64,000 nucleotides of DNA from Chloroflexota bacterium (GCA_034430475.1 DAOUEA010000071.1:25098-89097); one strand, 5' to 3'; positions 7,553-16,012 are shown, counted from the first letter of the stretch. Notes: generated by a model not told the origin, from the letters alone. A program made the numbers and translations.

Positions 7553-9736
7553 ATGCAGGAGGAAAGCAGCTTGACCGAACAGGGAGCAAAGGGCCGCCGT
7601 GAGTCGATCGACGACCTGGGCCTGCTCCTGTCCGCTCTGCCGCCCGACATCGTGGCCGCCGTTCGCGAGCTCACCGACCCGGCCGAGCTGATCGAGGTCG
7701 TCATGGACCTGGGCCGGCGGCCGGAAGGGCGCTCGGCCAACAACGAGATCGAGCTCCTCGAGCGGGAGGTGGGCGAGGCGGACATCCGATACGTCGTGGA
7801 CCATATCGGTGCCTTCGGCGACGACAATCGGGCCGGCATCGAGCGGACGCTGCACCGCATCAGCGCCATCCGCAATCGGACGGGCAAGATCGTGGGCCTG
7901 ACCTGCCGCATCGGCCGGGCGGTCTACGGCACGATCGAGATCATCAACGACTTCGTCGAGACGGGGAAGTCGATCCTGATCATGGGCCGCCCCGGCATCG
8001 GCAAGACGACGATGCTGCGCGAGGCGGCGCGCGTCCTGGCCGACGACCAGGGCAAGCGCGTCGTCGTCGTGGACACCAGCAACGAGATCGCCGGCGACGG
8101 CGACATCCCCCATCCGGCCATCGGCCGGGCGCGGCGGATGCAGGTCAAGACTCCGTCGCTGCAGCACGAGGTGATGATCGAGGCGGTGGAGAACCACATG
8201 CCCGAGGTCATCGTCATCGACGAGATCGGCACCGAGCTGGAAGCCCAGGCCGCCCGGACCATCGCCGAGCGCGGCGTGCAGCTGATCGGCACCGCTCACG
8301 GCAACAACCTCGACAACCTGATGCTCAACCCGACGCTCACGGACCTGATCGGAGGCATCCAGACCGTCACCCTGGGCGACGAGGAAGCGCGGCGCCGCCG
8401 CTCGCAGAAGAGCGTCCTGGAGCGCAAGGCCCCGCCCACCTTCGACGTCATCGTCGAGATCCTCGACCGCGAAAGGGTCGTCGTCCACTCCGACGTGGCG
8501 GACACGGTGGACGCGTTGCTGCGCGGCGATCCGATATCCGCCGAGCTGCGCTGGCGCGACGAGGGGGGCGTGCACCGTTCCCAGTCGCGCCCCAGGCCCT
8601 CGCCGCGTGAAGCGCTGGGCAGCGACCGGTTCGCCGGCCTGGTGGGCTCGTTCTCAGGCTGGCGCCAGGATCCAGGGTGGCGCGGACCGGGCTCGTACCG
8701 GCCGCCCGCCGACTTCCGGGACGTGGACCGCGGGCCTCGCTCGAGCTACCGTCCCGGCGCCGGGGGAGGCTGGCGAACGCCCGCTCGCGGCGCGTCCGGG
8801 GCCGCCCGCCGTCCGCGCGCAGGGGCCAGCGGCGGCGAGGGGCCCGGCCAGGGCTGGCCCGAACCTGGCGGCCGGCCGTCCGCCGGCGGCCCGACTGCCC
8901 TGCCCGGCGAGAGGCTGGCCGCGGCACCCTCGACCGAGGACGCCCCCGAGGGCGCCGCTCTGGCCCCGGAGCCCCGTGCCCGGGACCTGCGCGAGCTGGA
9001 GCGGCAACGCTCGTGGGCGGTCCAGGCGAACCGGGCCTTGAACGAGTACCGCGCCGAGGGCGTGGAGGAGGAAGCGGCGCCGGCCGCGGAGGGCTCGCCG
9101 AAGGCCGTGGCCGCGGGCGGCGCGCCGAAGGCCGGGGCAGCCGCGCCCAAGACCGCAGCTGCCGCGGCCCGGGCCTGGGTCGAGGACGACGAGGCCATCG
9201 CCGACGAGGTGCGCGAGCGAGCCGCCGAAGAAGCCGAGGACGAGGGAGGCGGCCCGGTGCTGCGCGTCCGCGACGACGGCGCCATCCTGCCCACGCTGCG
9301 CGTCCTGCCTCACGGCATCAGCCGCAAGCGCCTGGAGCAGGCGGTCAAGGAGTTGCAGCTGCCGGTTATCGTGGCCCGCGACCCGGACGAGGCGGACGTG
9401 GTCATGACCCTCAAGAGCGAGTACCGCCAGAAGTCTGGGGCACTGCGCGAGGCGGAAGACCGGGGCCTGCCGATCTACGTCCTCAAGAGCAACACCATCG
9501 TCCAGATGGAAGCCAGCCTGACCTCGATCTTCTCGCTGGAGGTGGACCCGCGCGAGGCGGCGCTGCACGAGGCTGAGGAGGCGATCGGGCTGGTCATGCA
9601 GCAGGCCGAGCCGGTCGAGCTATCGCCGCAGAACGCCTACATCCGGCGCCTGCAACACCAGATGGCGGAGCGAGCCAACCTGGTCTCGCGCTCCCGCGGC
9701 CGCGAGCCCTACCGCCGGGTGAGGCTCTACCCGTAG
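7553..9736 (+). CDS. Ycf45/SpoIIIAA-like AAA ATPase with C-terminal R3H nucleic-acid-binding domain and a long low-complexity linker
   Basis: 727 aa. Walker A GRPGIGKTT and Walker B VIVIDEIG, then GTAHG. C-terminal end PQNAYIRRLQHQMAERANLVSRSRGREPYRRVRLYP is R3H-like. About 8575-9250 encodes an Arg/Gly/Pro/Ala-rich linker in one uninterrupted frame. Confidence 0.8.
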   Translation: MQEESSLTEQGAKGRRESIDDLGLLLSALPPDIVAAVRELTDPAELIEVVMDLGRRPEGRSANNEIELLEREVGEADIRYVVDHIGAFGDDNRAGIERTLHRISAIRNRTGKIVGLTCRIGRAVYGTIEIINDFVETGKSILIMGRPGIGKTTMLREAARVLADDQGKRVVVVDTSNEIAGDGDIPHPAIGRARRMQVKTPSLQHEVMIEAVENHMPEVIVIDEIGTELEAQAARTIAERGVQLIGTAHGNNLDNLMLNPTLTDLIGGIQTVTLGDEEARRRRSQKSVLERKAPPTFDVIVEILDRERVVVHSDVADTVDALLRGDPISAELRWRDEGGVHRSQSRPRPSPREALGSDRFAGLVGSFSGWRQDPGWRGPGSYRPPADFRDVDRGPRSSYRPGAGGGWRTPARGASGAARRPRAGASGGEGPGQGWPEPGGRPSAGGPTALPGERLAAAPSTEDAPEGAALAPEPRARDLRELERQRSWAVQANRALNEYRAEGVEEEAAPAAEGSPKAVAAGGAPKAGAAAPKTAAAAARAWVEDDEAIADEVRERAAEEAEDEGGGPVLRVRDDGAILPTLRVLPHGISRKRLEQAVKELQLPVIVARDPDEADVVMTLKSEYRQKSGALREAEDRGLPIYVLKSNTIVQMEASLTSIFSLEVDPREAALHEAEEAIGLVMQQAEPVELSPQNAYIRRLQHQMAERANLVSRSRGREPYRRVRLYP

Positions 9737-9790
9737 GCCTCGGGCGGCGGAGCACCGCGCTGGCGCCTGCCCGGGCGGCCGCGGCTGGGC

Positions 9791-9796
9791 TAGACT
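9791..9796 (+). promoter_or_regulatory. -10-like hexamer TAGACT 6 nt upstream of the tmk ATG (leaderless-type promoter)
   Basis: The sequence reads TAGACT-cgtcga-ATG. Confidence 0.45.
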
Positions 9797-9802
9797 CGTC
9801 GA

Positions 9803-10543
9803 ATGCACCCCGAAGGCGATCGCCCTCGCGGCTTCCTCCTGACCCTCGAGGGCCCTGAAGGCTCCGGCAAGTCGACCCAGGCCCAGCGCCTGGCGGATCG
9901 GCTGACGGCTGCCGGGCGGAGCTGCGTGGTGACCCGCGAGCCGGGCGGGACCGCCGTGGGCGAGGAGATACGGCGCATCCTGCTCCACCCCGCCCAGCTC
10001 GAGCCGGTGCCGGCCGCGGACGCCTTGCTGTTCAATGCCGCCCGGGCCCAGCTGGTGGCGGAGGTCATCAAGCCGGCCCTGGAGCGGGGCGACGTGGTGA
10101 TCTGCGATCGCTTCACCGATTCGACCCTGGCCTACCAGGGCCACGGCGCCGGCCTGCCCCTGGCCACCCTGCGGGAGCTGGCCGCTGTCGCGACGGATGG
10201 CGTCGTGCCCGATCTGACGATCCTCATCGACCTGCCCGAGGAGGAGGGCCTGGGGCGAAAAGGGCAGGGCGAGACGACGCGTTTCGAAGAGCGCGAGAGC
10301 CTGGAGTTCCACCGCCGCGTGCGCCGGGGCTTCCTCGACCTGGCGGCTGCCGAGCCCCATCGGTTCGTCGTCGTGGACGGGCGTCTGCCGGCCGAGGCCA
10401 TCGAAGAGGCCATCGCGCGGGCCCTGGAGCCACGCCTGGCGGCTGCCGCGGGGTTGACAGAGGGCACCGCAGACAAGGCCGTGGCCGCCGCCGCAGCGCC
10501 TGTCAGTGAACCGCACGGCGGTTCGTTGCGAATGGACAGGTGA
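9803..10543 (+). CDS. tmk: Thymidylate (dTMP) kinase with C-terminal extension
   Basis: 246 aa. P-loop LEGPEGSGKST, plus TREPGGT and DRF..S..AYQG. Confidence 0.93.
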   Translation: MHPEGDRPRGFLLTLEGPEGSGKSTQAQRLADRLTAAGRSCVVTREPGGTAVGEEIRRILLHPAQLEPVPAADALLFNAARAQLVAEVIKPALERGDVVICDRFTDSTLAYQGHGAGLPLATLRELAAVATDGVVPDLTILIDLPEEEGLGRKGQGETTRFEERESLEFHRRVRRGFLDLAAAEPHRFVVVDGRLPAEAIEEAIARALEPRLAAAAGLTEGTADKAVAAAAAPVSEPHGGSLRMDR

Positions 10544-11172
10544 GGGACAGAGTGGCCAGGCCTCAGCCGGTTCCAATGTCCCGTTCCGCCCGGGAGGGCG
10601 TGTCGGAGGCTGAGTTGATGCAGCAGGTCTCCGCCGGACAGATCGGCGGGCTGGAGACGCTGTACGACCGCTACCATGCGGTCGCGTACGCGCTTGCCCT
10701 GCGCATTACGGCCGAGACGGGCATGGCGGAGGACGTCGTCCAGGATTCGTTCCTGGGCCTGTGGCGGAACGCCGGGCGCTACGCCGAGGAGAAGGGGAGC
10801 GTCAAGGGCTGGCTGCTGGCCATCGTCCGCCACCGCGCCATAGATGCCATGAGGCGCCGCCGCAACGGAGTGGCCCTCGCCGACGAGACGCAGGAGCTGC
10901 TGCCGGCGGCCCTGACTCTGCCGGACGTCTGGCCCGAAGTGGCCGGCCGCCTGGACGCGGAGGGGATCAGGCACGCCCTGGGCCACCTGCCGGGCGCGCA
11001 GCGTGAAGTCATCGAGATGGCCTACTTCGAGGGATTGACGCAGACGGAGATCGCGGCCAGGACGCAGGCGCCGCTGGGAACGGTCAAGAGCCGGATGCGG
11101 CTTGGCCTCGTCGCCCTGCGCCGTGAGCTGGAGGGCTACGACGGCCGGGGTGCCGGAGGGAGGGCCCAATGA
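10540..11172 (+). CDS. ECF-type RNA polymerase sigma-70 factor
   Basis: 210 aa. Region 2 DVVQDSFLGLW and region 4 YFEGLTQTEIAARTQAPLGTVKSRMRLGL. The GTG start overlaps the tmk stop (GTGA); the true start may be an internal Met. Confidence 0.88.
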   Translation: MRDRVARPQPVPMSRSAREGVSEAELMQQVSAGQIGGLETLYDRYHAVAYALALRITAETGMAEDVVQDSFLGLWRNAGRYAEEKGSVKGWLLAIVRHRAIDAMRRRRNGVALADETQELLPAALTLPDVWPEVAGRLDAEGIRHALGHLPGAQREVIEMAYFEGLTQTEIAARTQAPLGTVKSRMRLGLVALRRELEGYDGRGAGGRAQ

Positions 11173-12008
11173 AGACGCTTACCTGCGGCATCGTCCGCGA
11201 CATGGCCCCTGGCTACGTTCTGGGGGCCCTCGATCACACCGAGATGGCGGCCGTGCGGGAGCACCTGCGCACCTGCCCTCGGCGTCATCCTGAAGTCCGC
11301 GAGTTCGGCGGAGTGGTTCCCTACCTGGGCGAGTCGGTATCTCCGATCGAGCCCGCGGTCGGCCTCAAGGCCGCGGTCATGGCCGCCGTCCAGGACGATC
11401 TGACCGCCCGCGAGAAATCGGTGCCGCGACCCGATCGCGCTCCGCAGCTGACGGTCGTAGGCTCGGGGGGCGACGAGGCCGCCAGGCCCGGAATGCTGGC
11501 CGCGCTGCGCAGCAGGAGGGCCGCATCCTGGGCTACCCGGGCCGCGGCCGCGATCCTGATCGTGGGGCTGCTCGGGACGGTGGTCAGCCTGCGGGGGGCC
11601 CTGGACGAGGCCCAGAACAACCCCGACATCTGGGGCTACATCGGAGAGGCGGGCTCGCGCTCGGCTGTGCTGGCGCCGGTCGTCGGCGCTGAGGGCGCCG
11701 GGGCCGCGGCGCTCCTGCCGAGCCACAACCTCAAGGTCTACGTGAGCGGCCTGACCGCCACGCACGGCGACGAGGTGTACGTGGTGTGGATCAGCGTGGA
11801 CGGCGGCGCCGCCCGGTCGGCCGGCTGGTTCACCGTCGACGAGAGCGGCAAGGGCCAGGCCACGATGAGCGATCTCAGCCCCTCGTCCAGCATCGTCATC
11901 TACGTCTGCCGTGAGGCGAGCAGGTACGTCACCCGGCCCACGGGCCCGGTCGTGCTGACCGGCACGATCGTCATGTGGGCCAGCCCGGCTTCCACGCCCA
12001 CCTTCTGA
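11169..12008 (+). CDS. Anti-sigma factor (N-terminal anti-sigma domain, one TM, RskA-like extracytoplasmic domain)
   Basis: 279 aa. ATGA overlap with the sigma gene. N-terminus CGIVRDMAPGYVLGALD..VREHLRTCP, central TM helix AAAILIVGLLGTVV, and C-terminal motif YVVWISVDG as in RskA-type proteins. Confidence 0.75.
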   Translation: MKTLTCGIVRDMAPGYVLGALDHTEMAAVREHLRTCPRRHPEVREFGGVVPYLGESVSPIEPAVGLKAAVMAAVQDDLTAREKSVPRPDRAPQLTVVGSGGDEAARPGMLAALRSRRAASWATRAAAAILIVGLLGTVVSLRGALDEAQNNPDIWGYIGEAGSRSAVLAPVVGAEGAGAAALLPSHNLKVYVSGLTATHGDEVYVVWISVDGGAARSAGWFTVDESGKGQATMSDLSPSSSIVIYVCREASRYVTRPTGPVVLTGTIVMWASPASTPTF

Positions 12009-12104
12009 CGGCCTCCCGGCCCTGGCTCGCCGTCGGCGCGCGGCTGCGACGCGCCTGGTCCCGGCGTCTGCCTGCCGGACGTGGCCGGCCCTTCGGGCCT
12101 CTTC

Positions 12105-13166
12105 CTATTCGTTCGCCGCGGCGCTGACTACCGCTCTTCCGCCGCCAGCCTGCCGGGCCGCTGCCGTGGCCAGCTCCGCCGCCGCGAGCAGCTCTTCGGG
12201 GGTGCGACCGTCCAGCGGGAAGGCCGCCACTCCGGCTGAGACCGACACGGTCTTGCTCCCTACCGCCGGCAAGGAGCTGATGGCCTTGACCAGCCGCTCG
12301 ACCACGATCTCGCCGTCCGGTCCTGGTGCCAGCAGGGCGAAACGGTTCGGCTCGTAGCGGGCGATCGAGTCGACCAGCCTGACCGAGCCGGCCAGGACCT
12401 GGGCTACGCGGCGCATGAGGGCGTCGCCGGCCGCGTTGCCTCCGGCCCGTTGGATCTCATCCAGTCCGTCGACCTCGAACAGGGCCACCGACATCGGCAC
12501 GCCCTGGCGGCCGGCCCGGGCCACCTCCAGCTCCAGCATCCTGTCGAGAACACGGCGGTTGGCCAGCCCGGTCAGCGGGTCGGTGTGGGCCAGCCGGTCA
12601 TACCATTCGGCCCGCTCCGATCCCAGCGACAGCGACAACGATCGCTCCACGGCCAGCGCCGCCAGATCGGCCAGTGGCTCGGCGCCGGCCAGCTTCGTCC
12701 TGGCCGGCCGCTCGCCCGCGAAACCGAGGGCCATCGCGCCCAGGCAGACTTCGGCTCCCTCGCGGCGCACGACCAGCGGCAGGAGCTGGGCCCTCTTGGC
12801 GCCCTGCAGCACCGCCACCTGCCCGGGCTCGTCGACGGGGATCGGCATTCGGGACCGCACCGCGGACGAGAGCGGGCCCTGGCCTTCGCCGACGGAGGCA
12901 ACGGAAGCCACTTCCTGCTCCACGTCGCCCTTGAGGCCGAGACTGACGGCCAGCTCGAGGCGGTCCGCGTCCGCGTCGAGGATGTAGACGGCCCCGGTCC
13001 TGGCCCCGGTCACCTCGGCCGCCAGGCCGAGCATCTGTGCCAGGGCGTCGTCAAGATCGTCGCCCCGGGCGACCGTCGCCGCCGCGATGGCGAAGGTTTC
13101 GCCGATGGTTCGTTTCTGCCTCGCCCCGCCCGCCACGGCTCCTCCTTGTGCGCAACCCGATCGCAT
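12105..13166 (-). CDS. GAF domain plus degenerate GGDEF domain protein (A-site EPNRF, I-site RLVD retained)
   Basis: 353 aa. DPLTGLANRR opens a GGDEF domain. The position of RxxD-x5-GG(D/E)EF reads RLVDSIARYEPNRF. Confidence 0.8.
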   Translation of the reverse strand: MRSGCAQGGAVAGGARQKRTIGETFAIAAATVARGDDLDDALAQMLGLAAEVTGARTGAVYILDADADRLELAVSLGLKGDVEQEVASVASVGEGQGPLSSAVRSRMPIPVDEPGQVAVLQGAKRAQLLPLVVRREGAEVCLGAMALGFAGERPARTKLAGAEPLADLAALAVERSLSLSLGSERAEWYDRLAHTDPLTGLANRRVLDRMLELEVARAGRQGVPMSVALFEVDGLDEIQRAGGNAAGDALMRRVAQVLAGSVRLVDSIARYEPNRFALLAPGPDGEIVVERLVKAISSLPAVGSKTVSVSAGVAAFPLDGRTPEELLAAAELATAAARQAGGGRAVVSAAANE

Positions 13167-13180
13167 CGCCGGTCGCGGCG

Positions 13181-13186
13181 ATTGTA
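13181..13186 (-). promoter_or_regulatory. -10-like hexamer TACAAT 14 nt upstream of the GAF-GGDEF ATG
   Basis: The reverse strand reads TACAAT-cgccgcgaccggcg-ATG. Lies in the 74-bp divergent region shared with darA. Confidence 0.35.
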
Positions 13187-13228
13187 GGTCGTGTCCCGTG
13201 CGCCGCGATAGGTCTGTTGCGCCGACCC

Positions 13229-13234
13229 TATACT
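13229..13234 (+). promoter_or_regulatory. -10-like hexamer TATACT 6 nt upstream of the darA GTG (leaderless-type promoter)
   Basis: The sequence reads TATACT-cgcgct-GTG. Confidence 0.45.
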
Positions 13235-13240
13235 CGCGCT

Positions 13241-13570
13241 GTGAAGCTCATCGTCGCCGTCGTCCACAACGAGGACGCCAAGGCCTTCATCGACGCCCTT
13301 CTGGCGCACGAGTTCCGGGCTACCTGGCTGCACTCGTCCGGCGGCTTCCTCAAGCAGTCGAACGCGACCATCCTGATAGGGGTCGAAGAGGCCAAGATCG
13401 ACGAGGTCGTCGGGCTGATCCGCGAGCACTGCCATGCCCGGACCCAGACCTGCAGCCCCATCCCGCCGATCATGGAGCCCGGCGAGTTCTTCCTGCCCTA
13501 TCCGCTGGAAGTCGAGGTCGGCGGGGCGGTCATCTTCATCCTGCCGGTCGAACGCTTCGAACGTCTGTAG
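13241..13570 (+). CDS. darA: Cyclic-di-AMP receptor, PII-like (DarA/YaaQ family)
   Basis: In-frame GTG inside track ORF 13037..13570; 109 aa. VKLIVAVVHNEDAKAFIDALLAHEFRATWLHSSGGFLKQSNATILIGVEE...YPLEVEVGGAVIFILPVERF aligns end to end with my recollection of B. subtilis DarA (MKLIVAIVQDQD...[23 protein letters not shown]...VEVGGATVFVLPVDEF). Confidence 0.85.
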   Translation: MKLIVAVVHNEDAKAFIDALLAHEFRATWLHSSGGFLKQSNATILIGVEEAKIDEVVGLIREHCHARTQTCSPIPPIMEPGEFFLPYPLEVEVGGAVIFILPVERFERL

Positions 13571-13596
13571 GCGGCGGCGCTGATGCCGGTTCGGCC

Positions 13597-14103
13597 GTGA
13601 GCCCGTTCCGCCCGGACCTGGTCGACGTCTGGGTCTTCCGCAGCGCAGGCAGCTCCGGCCCTGGGTCGGGCATCGAGATCCTGCTGCTGCGCCGCTCGCC
13701 AGGCCGGATCCTGCCCGGGCTGTGGCAGCCGGTTTCGGGCTCGCTCGAGGCAGGCGAGCCGGTGGTTGCCGGGGCGCTGCGCGAGCTGGGCGAGGAGACG
13801 GGCCTGGAGGCGTCGGGGATCGAGGCTCTGTTCGACCTCGATCAGGTCAACCAGTTCCACGAGCCTTCCGTGGGCGCGATAGTCAGCAGCGCCGTCTTCG
13901 CCGTCCGGGCCGCCGCCGGCTGGGAACCGCGCCTCTCGCCCGAGCATGACGCCCTGCGCTGGGTCGACCCGGCCGGGGCCCTCGAGCTCGCGATCTGGCC
14001 CGCCTACCGCGAGTCGATCCGGCGCATCGACGACAACCTGCTCGACCCCGAACGCGCCATCTGGTTCGAGCTGACGCTGGCAGGCGAGCGCGCCCGGCGG
14101 TAG
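13597..14103 (+). CDS. NUDIX hydrolase
   Basis: In-frame GTG inside track ORF 13087..14103. Nudix box GSLEAGEPVVAGALRELGEETGL. Confidence 0.85.
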   Translation: MSPFRPDLVDVWVFRSAGSSGPGSGIEILLLRRSPGRILPGLWQPVSGSLEAGEPVVAGALRELGEETGLEASGIEALFDLDQVNQFHEPSVGAIVSSAVFAVRAAAGWEPRLSPEHDALRWVDPAGALELAIWPAYRESIRRIDDNLLDPERAIWFELTLAGERARR

Positions 14104-14191
14104 CCGGGTTGGCCGTTCGGGGCCGCATGCCCGATGATGGACGCGACGGTCTGGTGAGCTGCCGCCGTTCCGGACCGGGCAGGAGGAAACG

Positions 14192-14503
14192 ATGTACGTG
14201 ACCCTCGTCCACGTCTACGTCAAGCCGGAGCGCGTGGCGGAGTTCATCGAGCTCATGCGCGCCAACCACGCGGGTTCGGTCCGCGAGCCCGGGAACCTTC
14301 GCTTCGACGTGCTGCAGTCCGTGGAGGATCCGACCCGCTTCGTCATCTACGAGGCCTACCGCGACGAGGCGGGCGCGAAGGCCCACAAGGAGACCCCTCA
14401 CTACGCGGCCTTCAGGGCGGCAGCCGAGGACATGATGGCCGAGCCGCGGCAGGGCGTCCGCTACGACGGCCTGCTCCCGGCCCAGCCCGAATCCGGGCTC
14501 TAG
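14192..14503 (+). CDS. ABM-domain (antibiotic biosynthesis monooxygenase / YgiN-like) protein
   Basis: 103 aa. Ferredoxin-like ABM pattern (VTLVHVYVKPE...NLRFDVLQ...FVIYEAYRDEAG.KAHKETPHY). AGGAGG lies upstream. Confidence 0.8.
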   Translation: MYVTLVHVYVKPERVAEFIELMRANHAGSVREPGNLRFDVLQSVEDPTRFVIYEAYRDEAGAKAHKETPHYAAFRAAAEDMMAEPRQGVRYDGLLPAQPESGL

Positions 14504-14508
14504 CTCCG

Positions 14509-15771
14509 ATGGCCCCGGGCGCGGAGTTCACCTCGACCCTCCGGCTGCCGGAGATCGTCTTCGGCCGGGGCAAGATCGCAGAGCTGCCCTCGGTCGTGGG
14601 CCGCTTCGGGCGGCGGGCGGTGCTCATCGTCCGCGGCCCGGGCCTGACCGAGAGCGACGACTGGGTCCGGATCAAGACCGCCCTGCATGACGCGGGCATC
14701 TCCTTCGAGGTTCAGAGCGTGCGCGGCGAGCCCTCGCCGGAGCTGGTCGATTCGCTGGTCGCCCGTTTCCGCCGGCATGGGCCGCCGGACGTCGTGGCCG
14801 GCATCGGCGGGGGCAGCGTCCTGGACACGGCCAAGGCCGTCGCCGGCCTGCTGATCCCGGGCAACTCGGTCATGGAGCACCTGGAGGGCGTGGGCGCCGG
14901 CCTGCCCTACAACGGGCCGGCCCTGCCGCTGATCGCCGTGCCCACCACCGCCGGCACCGGCAGCGAGGCGACGCGCAACTCGGTCTTGAGCGTGCGCGGC
15001 CCGGGCGGCTTCAAGCGCTCTTTCCGCGACGAGCAGCTGATTGCCCGGGTGGCCATCGTGGACCCCGACCTGCTCCGGACCTGCCCGCCCGACCTGGTCG
15101 CCGCCGACGGCATGGACGCCGTGACCCAGCTCCTGGAGTCGTATCTGTCGCTGCGCGCCAACCCGACCTCCGACGGTATGGCGATCGAAGGCCTCCGGGC
15201 CGCGGCCGGTTCGCTGCTGCCCTGGTATGAGGAAGCGGCCGAGGGCTACGGCGGGACGTCCGTCACCGACGGCGCACGGTCGAACATGGCGATGGCGGCG
15301 CTGTGCTCCGGCATCTGCCTGGCCCAGACGGGCCTGGGGGCGGTACACGGGGTGGCCTCGCCGCTGGGCGCCACGTTCGAGATTCCGCACGGCGAGGCCT
15401 GCGGGGCCACGCTGGTGGCCGCGACCCGGGTCAACGTGGCGGCCCTGGAGGAGCGCGAACCGGAGAACCCGGCGCTGGGCCGCTACGCCGAGCTGGGGCG
15501 GCTGCTGACGGGCGCGGCGGGGGCGGCCGGCGGCGCGGCGGCCGAGGCGGCGGGCGGCGATCTGACAGACGACGTCGAGGCCCGCTCGGCCCTGGTCGCG
15601 CTGCTGGACGGCTGGCGAGCCCGCCTCGCCATCCCGGGCCTCTCCGCCTACGGCATCTCCGATTCCGACATCCCGGCCATCGTGGCCGACTCCCGCGGCT
15701 CCAGCATGCAGACCAACCCTATCGTCCTCACCGACGATGAGATCGCCACGATCCTGCGGGAGTCTCTCTAG
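14509..15771 (+). CDS. Iron-containing (group III) alcohol dehydrogenase family protein
   Basis: 420 aa. Motifs GIGGGSVLDTAKAV, VPTTAGTGSE and a His-rich metal site region (GAVHGVASPLG...HGEACG). Confidence 0.88.
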   Translation: MAPGAEFTSTLRLPEIVFGRGKIAELPSVVGRFGRRAVLIVRGPGLTESDDWVRIKTALHDAGISFEVQSVRGEPSPELVDSLVARFRRHGPPDVVAGIGGGSVLDTAKAVAGLLIPGNSVMEHLEGVGAGLPYNGPALPLIAVPTTAGTGSEATRNSVLSVRGPGGFKRSFRDEQLIARVAIVDPDLLRTCPPDLVAADGMDAVTQLLESYLSLRANPTSDGMAIEGLRAAAGSLLPWYEEAAEGYGGTSVTDGARSNMAMAALCSGICLAQTGLGAVHGVASPLGATFEIPHGEACGATLVAATRVNVAALEEREPENPALGRYAELGRLLTGAAGAAGGAAAEAAGGDLTDDVEARSALVALLDGWRARLAIPGLSAYGISDSDIPAIVADSRGSSMQTNPIVLTDDEIATILRESL

Positions 15772-15819
15772 GTCCTCTGCGGGCGTGGCGGGCCGGCAGC
15801 GCCTCTCGCGGCGCGCTAA

Positions 15820-16012
15820 CCTTGGCGGGTCAACTGAAGAGGGCCGCTCGTATCAGGGAAGCCGGTGCGAAACCGGCGCTGTCGCGCAACTGTGAGCGAG
15901 GAGCGGCTGGCCAGAGGTGACCGCGAAGGCGGCACCGAGCCACGGGGCCGAGAGCCCGGGAAGGCGGCCAGCGGCGACGATCCGCAAGCCAGGAGACCTG
16001 ACCGAACGGCGC
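15820..16012 (+). promoter_or_regulatory. Cobalamin (B12) riboswitch aptamer
   Basis: Conserved core elements read directly: AGGGAAGCCGGTGCGAAACCGGCGCTGTCGCGCAACTGTGA (15854-15894), GAGCCACGGGGCCGAGAGCCCGGGAAGGCGG, and B12-box AAGCCAGGAGACCTGACC (15986-16003). Confidence 0.85.

Noticed and set aside
8575-9250. Possible frameshift, gene fusion or separate gene in the low-complexity middle of the 727-aa ATPase
   Set aside because: A single uninterrupted frame links the conserved ATPase and R3H parts, and the alternative-frame ORFs here (8607..9041, 8677..9576, 8654..9568) are equally low-complexity. I treat it as a linker, but it should be checked against the reads (see finding).
10506-10527. 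ECF-type autoregulatory promoter (GAAC ... CGTT) in front of the sigma factor gene
   Set aside because: The spacer between the GAAC and CGTT elements is only about 12 nt, too short for the usual 16-17 nt. The site also lies inside the tmk coding region.
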